Positions 57,009 through 64,000 of a DNA stretch of 64,000 nucleotides are shown piece by piece. The notes under the pieces are model-generated. The model did not search any database, was not told the origin of the DNA, and saw nothing but the letters and a program-made list of their open reading frames with translations. The DNA lies in the NCBI GenBank assembly GCA_015064065.1, contig SVSY01000001.1:1460-65459 (forward strand), in the 5' to 3' direction. A program made the translations under genes and the position numbers. Source of the DNA: Oscillospiraceae bacterium (GTDB lineage: Bacteria; Bacillota; Clostridia; Oscillospirales; CAG-272). Within the stretch, counting starts at the first letter, position 1. Each line of letters begins with the position of its first letter.

Positions 57009-58192
57009 GCGTCGTCACAACCGCTTCTTATCGCCAACTCGCGCGATCGCGCCCACTCGACGCATTGACATAGCATTCCAAGGATACGGACCTCTGCTTC
57101 CGTATCCTTGTTTTTTTCACTTTCAAATCTACGCATAAGATATTCAAGCTTTTTCTCGCCCATGACCGCAACCAAAAAAGACTTTGAGGAAGCGTCCAGA
57201 GAGAAAAATCTCTCCCTTAAAAAAGGAAATAGCGATCCGCTATACCTTTCTGTCTCTTCATCTCTGCGTACCGACGCGCCTACGGCAGATATTCCAAATA
57301 ACGCACCGAGTCTGTCCTGACGCTCATAAGCATAGGAAATACTTTTGCTTCTTGTATTGTCCTCAAAACGAACGAGATCCTTTCCTTTTTTGCGGCAAAT
57401 CTCAAAAAGCTCGCAGAGCGACGGCATATCAACGTCAAATTGAGGATAATCAAAGGCTATCAGCGCATCGTTAAGCGTCTCGCTTATTTTGCCGACATCA
57501 TTTATCGGATATGGTCGTAGCAGCTCTTTATGCTTACCTCTAAATTCTTTTTTATTTGGTCTTTGAGTGCGGTTTTCTCTGTAGCGAAATCTGCTCATTC
57601 CGAACTCGCCGAATATAACGCACTCTCCCGCCAACACCTCGCAAACGTCACAAAATATATTAGTTGCTCTATAGACGCCCATTGGCGCACTCATGTGCAG
57701 AGATAATATCTCACGGCTCACGTTAACTCTTTGCCCTATTGCCGAAAAGATCCCCTTAAGCTCTGACGAAAAGTATATTTTCCCGTCGTGTATCTGATAA
57801 AACAGCGGCTTTTTTCCGTATTTATCGCGTGCAAGCAGCAATATTTTCCGCTCACCGTCGTAAAGTGCCAACGCAAAACCTCCTCCAAGCGAGCCGAGCA
57901 TATCTATTCCGCAAAGCCTGTACTTTTCAAATACCGCGTGGCTGTGGAGCTCTTCTGAATCTATTGAAAGAGCGTAGCTATAACCTCCGCGTTCAAAAAC
58001 TGCGGGCTGTACGTCCTCGTCACTGTCAAATGCGTTCGGCAACGAACTGTTGTATATCATATCCACCGAACCGCCGATATACGCATTACTTCTCTTCCGC
58101 CCTCTCAAGCTCATAGATGCTCTCATTCTGTCAAGTTCGGAAAATGACACTTCCCGACCCTTCATATCCGCAATACCGCCTATAGCACTCAT
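56984..58192 (-). CDS. Asparagine synthetase B-like protein, degenerate (no Cys1, no PP-loop)
   Basis: GATase-2-like core (GGFALALYDGERKILLLARDKYGKKPLFY...FSSELKG), but the N-terminus is MSAIGG rather than MCGI, and the SGGxDS position reads VDMPSLCE; GGGGGTG RBS. Confidence 0.6.
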   Translation of the reverse strand: MSAIGGIADMKGREVSFSELDRMRASMSLRGRKRSNAYIGGSVDMIYNSSLPNAFDSDEDVQPAVFERGGYSYALSIDSEELHSHAVFEKYRLCGIDMLGSLGGGFALALYDGERKILLLARDKYGKKPLFYQIHDGKIYFSSELKGIFSAIGQRVNVSREILSLHMSAPMGVYRATNIFCDVCEVLAGECVIFGEFGMSRFRYRENRTQRPNKKEFRGKHKELLRPYPINDVGKISETLNDALIAFDYPQFDVDMPSLCELFEICRKKGKDLVRFEDNTRSKSISYAYERQDRLGALFGISAVGASVRRDEETERYSGSLFPFLRERFFSLDASSKSFLVAVMGEKKLEYLMRRFESEKNKDTEAEVRILGMLCQCVEWARSRELAIRSGCDDAQSALSMM

Positions 58193-58318
58193 TCTTACAC
58201 CCCCATAATTACCTTATAGAAATATAATATGAAAAAAGCTTTAAAAAAATAAGCACGCATATCAAAAAAAGCATATACTGTAGCAGAAAGACAAAATTTA
58301 TTTTCGGAGGTCTCTGAT

Positions 58319-58405
58319 ATGAAAATAGTTTTACTACATACGCCTAAATTTTTTGTTCCGATACTGAGACGGATATTCGGTGTTGAGAGAAAAAGAGAGA
58401 GATAA
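58319..58405 (+). CDS. Candidate 28-codon small ORF (MKIVLLHTPKFFVPILRRIFGVERKRER)
   Basis: GGAGG 8 nt upstream of the ATG; stop is 4 nt before a 15-bp-stem terminator; no homology known to me. Confidence 0.25.
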   Translation: MKIVLLHTPKFFVPILRRIFGVERKRER

Positions 58406-58409
58406 GCAC

Positions 58410-58449
58410 GCACGGGTGCTTCGATATTTTCGAAGCACCCGTGCTTTTT
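58410..58449 (+). terminator. Strong rho-independent terminator in the asnB-like/ygiQ intergenic region
   Basis: GCACGGGTGCTTCGA / TCGAAGCACCCGTGC 15-bp perfect stem, 5-nt loop, then TTTTT. Confidence 0.8.
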
Positions 58450-58462
58450 GTAGATTATCCGA

Positions 58463-58491
58463 TTGACATTTGTACTCAGTTGTTGTATAAT
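58463..58491 (+). promoter_or_regulatory. Consensus sigma-A promoter of ygiQ
   Basis: TTGACA (58463-58468), 17 nt, TATAAT (58486-58491). Confidence 0.6.
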
Positions 58492-58526
58492 TAGAACTGA
58501 AGTATAAGAGCCCGAAAGGATAATAT

Positions 58527-60479
58527 ATGTCAAACCGTTTTTTACCCGTTACGGCACAGGAAATCAAAGAGCTCGGCTGGGACAGACCCGATTTCGTCTA
58601 CGTCTGCGGTGACGCATACGTCGACCACCCCTCGTTCGGCGCGGCGATAATCACGCGCGTGCTTGAGGCGGCAGGCTTCAGAGTCGCATTCCTCGCCCAA
58701 CCCGACTACAAAAGCTGTGACGATTTCAAAAGATTCGGCAAACCGCGTCTTGCTTTTCTCGTTTCTGCGGGAAATATAGACTCTATGGTCGCGCACTACA
58801 CTGCCGCAAAGAAAAAACGCTCCTCGGATTACTATTCCCCCGGCGGAAAAGCGGGCAAACGTCCGGACAGAGCTACTATAGTATACTGCAACCGCATACG
58901 TGAGGCGTACGGTGACGTTCCGATAATTCTCGGCGGGCTTGAAGCCTCTCTGCGCCGCTTCGCGCATTACGATTATTGGTCGGACAGCATTCGCCGCTCG
59001 GTCCTCGTCGACAGCCGTGCAGATATACTCACCTACGGAATGGGCGAAAATATCCTTTTGCGTATTGCTGAGCTTCTCGACCGCGGCGTTCCCGTAAAGA
59101 AGATTCGCGACGTCAGAGGAACTGTATATCTCTGCTCCGAGGGAGAAAAGGTACACTATCCCGTAGCGGCAGAATTTGACTACGACGTGCTTAAAACAGA
59201 TAAGAAAAAATATGCCGAAGCGTTCGGAATACAGTACAAAAATCAGGACTCTATCAACGGAAAGGCGATAATCGAGCACTACGACGGAAAGATATTGGTA
59301 CAAAATCCTCCTATGCCCCCGCTTGAACGCGAGGAGCTTGACAGAGTCTACGCTCTGCCCTATATGCGTACCTATCACCCGAGCTACGAAGCCGAAGGCA
59401 GAGTTCCCGCTATAGAGGAGGTCCGCTTCTCGCTCACTCACAACCGAGGTTGTTTTGGAGGCTGTAACTTCTGTGCACTTGCCTTTCATCAGGGCAGAAC
59501 GGTTCGCTCGCGCAGTATCGAGAGCGTAGTGGCAGAGGCTAAAAAGATAACCGAGATGCCCGATTTCAAGGGCTATATCCACGACGTCGGCGGTCCGACG
59601 GCAAATTTCAGATATCCCGCCTGTGAAAAACAGCTCCGCGACGGCGTCTGCTCGGCGCGTAAGTGCTTAGCTCCCACACCCTGCAAAAATCTCGTTGCCG
59701 ACCACTCGGAATATATAAAGCTTATCGAGAGCATCGAATCGCTCCCAAAGGTCAAAAAAGTATTTATCCGTTCGGGAATACGCTTTGACTATCTGCTCGC
59801 CGACCCCGACGACAGCTTTTTCAAAAAGCTTGTCCGCGACAACGTCAGCGGTCAGCTCAAGGTCGCGCCCGAGCACTGCTCCTCTGCGGTGCTTCGCTGT
59901 ATGGGTAAGCCGGAGTTCTCGGTCTATGAAAAGTTCCGCAAGCGCTATTTTGAGCTTACAAAATCCATAGGCAAGGAACAATATCTCGTTCCCTATCTTA
60001 TGTCGAGTCACCCCGGCTCAACGCTTGCCGATGCGCTCGAGCTTGCAATATGCCTCAAGCGCGACCATTACGCTCCCGAGCAGGTTCAGGACTACTATCC
60101 CACACCCGGCACAGCCTCAACCGTAATGTTCTACACGGGGATAGATCCGCTCACTATGAAGAAGGTGTACGTGGCTACCGACTATCACGAAAAACAGCTG
60201 CAGCGCGCGCTTCTTCAATACAACCGACCGCAGAACGCTCCGCTCGTTCGCGAAGCGCTTATAAAGCTCGGCCGCGAGGACCTTATAGGCTTCGGGCCCG
60301 AATGTCTCGTGCGCCCCGAGCGCACGGCGCAGGAGCAAAAAAAGAGTCCTTCGCGCAAAGGACAGCAGACAAAAGGCAGCAAAAATCAAACTTCACCCTC
60401 AAAAAACAAACGCACGGCTGTGCCTAAAGACACGCGCAAGCCGAGCGATAAAAATAACAGACAAAGGAGAAAGAAATGA
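58527..60479 (+). CDS. ygiQ: YgiQ family (UPF0313) radical SAM protein
   Basis: NRGCFGGCNFCAL cluster motif, conserved N-terminal DAYVDHPSFG region, Lys/Arg/Gln-rich ~60-aa tail. Confidence 0.88.
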   Translation: MSNRFLPVTAQEIKELGWDRPDFVYVCGDAYVDHPSFGAAIITRVLEAAGFRVAFLAQPDYKSCDDFKRFGKPRLAFLVSAGNIDSMVAHYTAAKKKRSSDYYSPGGKAGKRPDRATIVYCNRIREAYGDVPIILGGLEASLRRFAHYDYWSDSIRRSVLVDSRADILTYGMGENILLRIAELLDRGVPVKKIRDVRGTVYLCSEGEKVHYPVAAEFDYDVLKTDKKKYAEAFGIQYKNQDSINGKAIIEHYDGKILVQNPPMPPLEREELDRVYALPYMRTYHPSYEAEGRVPAIEEVRFSLTHNRGCFGGCNFCALAFHQGRTVRSRSIESVVAEAKKITEMPDFKGYIHDVGGPTANFRYPACEKQLRDGVCSARKCLAPTPCKNLVADHSEYIKLIESIESLPKVKKVFIRSGIRFDYLLADPDDSFFKKLVRDNVSGQLKVAPEHCSSAVLRCMGKPEFSVYEKFRKRYFELTKSIGKEQYLVPYLMSSHPGSTLADALELAICLKRDHYAPEQVQDYYPTPGTASTVMFYTGIDPLTMKKVYVATDYHEKQLQRALLQYNRPQNAPLVREALIKLGREDLIGFGPECLVRPERTAQEQKKSPSRKGQQTKGSKNQTSPSKNKRTAVPKDTRKPSDKNNRQRRKK

Positions 60480-63400
60480 TCTACGAGGATAACAGAAAAA
60501 ACAAAGAGCTCTCAAAAGAGCTTTTTCGAAAGCCCACTTCCGAATACCGCGGAACTCCCTTCTGGGCGTGGAATTGCGATCTTGAGCGCGACGAGCTGCT
60601 TCGCCAGATAGACGTTTTCAAGGAAATGGGACTCGGCGGCTTCCATATGCACGTAAGAACGGGTATGTCTACCGAGTATCTTTCCGACGAGTTTATGTCG
60701 CTTATAAAGGCGTGCACCGAACACGCAAAAGAAAACGAAATGCTCGCGTGGCTCTACGACGAGGACAGATGGCCCTCCGGCGCGGCGGGCGGTATCGTGA
60801 CCAAGGATATAAATATGCGTCAGAGATATCTTCGCTTCACGCCCAACACCGAGCGGGATATTCCCGAGCAGGATAAGCTTATCGCAAGATTTGATATCGT
60901 CCTTGATGAAAATAACTGCCTTAAGTCCTATAAGCTTCTTGGTGAGAATGAAAAGGCAGAAGGCCGCGAGTGGCTCGTTATCCGCGAGATATCGAGAAAC
61001 AGCCCTTGGTTCAACGGACAGGCATACGTAGATACACTCAACCCTAAGGCAATAGAAAAATTCATCGACGTCACCTATAAGCCCTATGCAAAGACGGTAG
61101 GCGACGAGTTTGGCAAGACAGTTCCCGCTATATTTACCGACGAACCGCAGTTCTCACGCAAGGGCGTTCTTCCCTATGCAAACAGTCTGAGCGACGTTAC
61201 TCTCCCATGGACCGACGACCTTGACGATACGTACACTAAAAAATACGGTAGCTCTCTGATACCTCACCTTCCCGAGCTTCTTTGGGATCTTCCCGACGGA
61301 CAGCCCTCGCTCGTTCGCTACAGATATCACGACCACGTTTGCGACCGCTTTACCGAAGCGTTTGCAGACATCTGCGGCAAATGGTGCGACGATCACGGTC
61401 TCGCTCTCACGGGTCATATGATGGAGGAAGGAAGTCTGCATCAGCAAACTCACGCGCTCGGCGAGGCTATGCGCTCCTATCGCGCATTCGGTATCCCCGG
61501 CATAGATATGCTCTGCGGATATTTTGAATTCAGCACGGCAAAGCAGTGTCAGTCGGCAGTACACCAGTACGGACGTACAGCTATGCTCAGCGAGCTTTAC
61601 GGCGTTACGGGTTGGGATTTCGATTTCCGCGGTCATAAGCTTCACGGCGATTGGCAGGCGGCTCTCGGCGTGACCGTACGCGTTCCCCATCTCTCTTGGG
61701 TATCTATGCACGGAAATGCAAAACGCGACTACCCCGCATCTATTCACTATCAGTCCTCGTGGTATAAGGAATATTCCTACGTCGAGGATCACTTTGCAAG
61801 AGTAAACACCGCTCTTACACGCGGAAAGCCTATCGTAAAGGTCGGTGTTATCCACCCCGTTGAGAGCTATTGGCTCCACTTCGGTCCTGAAGAGAACACC
61901 AATCTCGTGCGCTCCGCTATCGAAGCTAACTTCAACAACGTCACACAGTGGTTGCTTCGCGGCTCTATTGATTTCGACTATATCTCCGAGTCGCTCTTCC
62001 CTGCACAGTGCAAAAAGGCAAGCGCACCTATAAAGGTCGGAGAGATGGAGTACGACGTGATTATCGTGCCCGAGTGCGAAACTCTTCGTTCTACCACGCT
62101 CGAACGTCTCGAGGACTTCAAGGCTGCGGGCGGTAAGCTGTTATTTATGGGTGACGCGCCCAAATACGAAAACGCCGAGATCTCCCAACGCGGCAAAGCA
62201 CTCTACGATATCTCCGACAAGGTATCCTTCAACCGTGCTTCGCTTCTTTCGGCTCTCGATGCATACAGGACCATCGACGTACGCTACACCAACGGCGCGC
62301 TCTCAAACGACCTTATACATCAGATAAGACGGGACGAGGACGGAATCTGGCTCTTCCTGTCGCACTGCGACGAGCCCTACAACAAGGATATTTCTAATTC
62401 CAAGGGCTATAACGTAAAGCTTTACGGAAGATATACCCCTGAGCTTTGGGATACGATGAGCGGAGAAATAAAGCCCGTCAGCTTCAGATACGTCGGCAAC
62501 GATACCGTAGTTACCCTCGAGCTTTACGACTACGACTCGGCTCTGCTCTTCTTCAGAAACGCAGATGCAGGCGAAGATCTCGTTCTTCCCGAAGCTCCCG
62601 CAAAGCGTGAGTTTGCACCGCTCCCCGAGCGCGTTGCATACACGCTCTCCGAGCCTAACGTTCTTTTGCTCGACAAGGCAAGATTTGCGCTTGACGACGG
62701 CGAGTTTGAGGACGAGGAGGAGATACTCCGCCTTGACAGTAAGCTCCGTGCCCGCGTCGGTCTTCCTATGCGTGTGAGCAGCGTAGTTCAGCCTTGGGTC
62801 ATCGAGAAAAAGACGCCCCGCTGGAGCGCTACTCTCGAGTTCACTATAAACAGCGATATCGACGTCAAGTCTCCTATTCTCGCACTTGAGGACGCGGAGC
62901 TTGCAGATATCACCTTTAACGGACAGCACGTTGAGTATAAGGATCTCGGCTATTACACCGACATATCTATCCGCAAGACCGCGCTCCCGCCCATCAAGAA
63001 GGGTAAGAATATACTTACGATAAAGCTTCCCTTTGACGAGCGGACCAACATCGAATGCTGCTATATTCTCGGCGATTTCGGCGTCAGCGTCGAAGGCAGA
63101 CACGCAAAGATAACCTCGCTTCCCGAAACGCTCTGCTTTGACCGTATCGACAGACAAGGACTTGCGTTCTACGGCGGTGCCGTTTCCTACGAGCTCCCGC
63201 TCGAGCTTGACGAGAGTGCTGAGGTATATATGCAGACGATGCACTACCGTGCGGCAGTTATGAGCGTTGCGGTCGACGGCAAGAAGGTCGATACTATCGC
63301 TTATCCGCCTTATATCGCAAAGCTCGGAAAGCTTGATGCGGGCAAGCATACTATAACGCTGACGGCTTACATCTCGCGCCACAACTGCTTTGGAAATATT

Positions 63401-63529
63401 CACTGCGCGGACGATAAGTTCAAGTGGCTCGGCCCTGACTGTTGGAGAACGAAAGGCTCGACCTGGACATATGAGTACAGACTTCTCCCCGAAGGACTTA
63501 TCTCGACGCCTATCTTCTATAAGGTATAA
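60476..63529 (+). CDS. Large cytoplasmic glycoside-hydrolase-like protein, family uncertain
   Basis: 1017 aa with no signal peptide; N-terminal RGTPFWAWNCDL...GLGGFHMH motif that I associate from memory with GH106-like / jelly-roll glycosidases; AAGGAG RBS and ATGA overlap with ygiQ. Confidence 0.55.
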   Translation: MIYEDNRKNKELSKELFRKPTSEYRGTPFWAWNCDLERDELLRQIDVFKEMGLGGFHMHVRTGMSTEYLSDEFMSLIKACTEHAKENEMLAWLYDEDRWPSGAAGGIVTKDINMRQRYLRFTPNTERDIPEQDKLIARFDIVLDENNCLKSYKLLGENEKAEGREWLVIREISRNSPWFNGQAYVDTLNPKAIEKFIDVTYKPYAKTVGDEFGKTVPAIFTDEPQFSRKGVLPYANSLSDVTLPWTDDLDDTYTKKYGSSLIPHLPELLWDLPDGQPSLVRYRYHDHVCDRFTEAFADICGKWCDDHGLALTGHMMEEGSLHQQTHALGEAMRSYRAFGIPGIDMLCGYFEFSTAKQCQSAVHQYGRTAMLSELYGVTGWDFDFRGHKLHGDWQAALGVTVRVPHLSWVSMHGNAKRDYPASIHYQSSWYKEYSYVEDHFARVNTALTRGKPIVKVGVIHPVESYWLHFGPEENTNLVRSAIEANFNNVTQWLLRGSIDFDYISESLFPAQCKKASAPIKVGEMEYDVIIVPECETLRSTTLERLEDFKAAGGKLLFMGDAPKYENAEISQRGKALYDISDKVSFNRASLLSALDAYRTIDVRYTNGALSNDLIHQIRRDEDGIWLFLSHCDEPYNKDISNSKGYNVKLYGRYTPELWDTMSGEIKPVSFRYVGNDTVVTLELYDYDSALLFFRNADAGEDLVLPEAPAKREFAPLPERVAYTLSEPNVLLLDKARFALDDGEFEDEEEILRLDSKLRARVGLPMRVSSVVQPWVIEKKTPRWSATLEFTINSDIDVKSPILALEDAELADITFNGQHVEYKDLGYYTDISIRKTALPPIKKGKNILTIKLPFDERTNIECCYILGDFGVSVEGRHAKITSLPETLCFDRIDRQGLAFYGGAVSYELPLELDESAEVYMQTMHYRAAVMSVAVDGKKVDTIAYPPYIAKLGKLDAGKHTITLTAYISRHNCFGNIHCADDKFKWLGPDCWRTKGSTWTYEYRLLPEGLISTPIFYKV

Positions 63530-63547
63530 ATTCAATAAATAAAAATT

Positions 63548-63586
63548 CGCTTTTGCCGTTCCGACCGAATGGCAAAAGCGTTTTTT
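63548..63586 (+). terminator. Rho-independent terminator
   Basis: CGCTTTTGCC(GTTC) / (GAAT)GGCAAAAGCG ~14-bp stem followed by TTTTTT. Confidence 0.8.
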
Positions 63587-63633
63587 AATAAAAAAAAGGG
63601 CTCACGCCCAAAACATAGCAAATTTGTCCTAAA

Positions 63634-63689
63634 ATGAGAGATGACCCTTGATCGCAGTTGTAATCCCGCAACCAAGGGTCATCTCTCGT
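63634..63689 (-). other. Long hairpin; probable terminator or 3'-end structure of a minus-strand transcript entering from beyond the window
   Basis: Perfect 15-bp arms GAGAGATGACCCTTG / CAAGGGTCATCTCTC (63636-63650 / 63673-63687), 22-nt loop with an inner GTTG/CAAC stem; followed on the minus strand by ATTTTA. Confidence 0.45.
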
Positions 63690-63880
63690 CGTTCTTAGTA
63701 TCTAGCATCTTTTGTTATCCTCTCTTTCCTAATCTACCTTTTGCTACTTCTCACAATCCGTAAACACTACACACCAGCTCTATAAGTAGAGCACCCTTTG
63801 TTTATCTGTTGCATCCTTCGCTAAAGGCGAAAACTTTTTTGACTCATATAAAGGCGTTTTGCTTAACGGTCCTATTCTAC

Positions 63881-64000
63881 TTATACTGTCTTCCCTATTG
63901 CTGTCTGAACTTTACTACCTGAGGTTTTATTCGTTCGAGTATTTTTGTTTGTCTGAGCTTTCTTGTTTATCTGAGCTTCTTGTTTATCCGAGGTCCCTGT
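63881..64000 (-). CDS. Possible 3' end of a CDS running off the window (..TGTSDKQEAQINKKAQTNKNTRTNKTSGSKVQTAIGKTV*)
   Basis: Only one minus-strand frame is open from the window edge (39 codons, TAA at 63883-63881). The 17/18-nt DNA repeats inside it are not read in a constant frame, which argues against coding. Confidence 0.25.
   Translation of the reverse strand, partial: TGTSDKQEAQINKKAQTNKNTRTNKTSGSKVQTAIGKTV

Noticed and set aside
58193-60479. RiPP-like cluster interpretation (small peptide plus radical SAM plus AsnB-like cyclase)
   Set aside because: YgiQ is a broadly conserved stand-alone family and is separated from the small ORF by a strong terminator and its own promoter. The AsnB-like protein lacks the ATP-binding PP-loop that lasso-type cyclases need. 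No protease/RRE or transporter gene is present.
63945-63994. Three 15-nt direct repeats considered as a CRISPR array, DnaA boxes or plasmid-type iterons
   Set aside because: They are too short and too few, with 2-3-nt spacers rather than CRISPR-like spacers. TTATCCGAG and TTATCTGAG are poor matches to the TTATCCACA DnaA box. The window ends here, so the element cannot be classified.
1-64000. Search for mobile elements, prophage, CRISPR-Cas, restriction-modification, toxin-antitoxin or other defence islands
   Set aside because: No transposase, integrase, recombinase, Cas, methyltransferase-endonuclease pair or TA-sized gene pair was recognised. Gene order is housekeeping synteny throughout, and no flanking inverted or direct repeats suggest an insertion.

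Overview
This 64-kb window looks like core chromosome of a spore-forming Firmicute (Clostridia-like); gene order is strongly syntenic with classical Bacillus/Clostridium housekeeping clusters. I found no rRNA, tRNA, CRISPR array, transposase, integrase, prophage or recognisable defence island.

Gene content, left to right:
- M50 site-2 protease, potABCD, a CPBP protease.
- Minus strand: tadA, a 110-aa unknown, a GH13 hydrolase, and glgP-glgA-glgD-glgC-glgB sitting directly behind divIC-yabQ-yabP-yabO.
- hup, mazG, a SpoVB/MurJ-type flippase, a uridine-kinase-like protein, hemZ, dtd, relA, recJ.
- An FAD oxidoreductase, cdaA, and a pncB / 136-aa ORF / secreted nuclease operon.
- DUF1934, spo0A, a Cys-repeat lipoprotein plus a TIM-barrel isomerase, an S11 carboxypeptidase.
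- rny; rplA-rplK-nusG-secE-rpmG; efp plus an acidic Cys-rich protein.
- yicC-remA-gmk-rpoZ-priA-def-fmt-(Zn peptidase)-rsmB-rlmN-(PASTA protein)-rsgA-thiN.
- A degenerate AsnB-like gene, ygiQ, and a 1017-aa glycosidase-like protein.

rpmG (53 aa) is below the ORF-track cutoff and was translated by hand. Several N-termini were trimmed to RBS-supported starts.

I see no clear multi-gene novel system. The points most worth a second look are a set of apparently decayed or minimalised versions of conserved proteins:
- a glgB homologue lacking the GH13 nucleophile Asp;
- a kinase-less PASTA protein where prpC-prkC normally sit;
- an AsnB-like protein without Cys1 or the PP-loop;
- a 73-aa CdaR-like membrane stub after cdaA.

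Also notable:
- a 36%-acidic, 14-Cys protein coupled to efp;
- a His/Cys-repeat lipoprotein;
- a terminator-bounded 28-codon ORF;
- an ORF-poor, strand-asymmetric region with a 15-bp hairpin and 17-18-nt direct repeats at the right edge.

All functional calls come from motif recognition and remembered family consensus. No database search was run.
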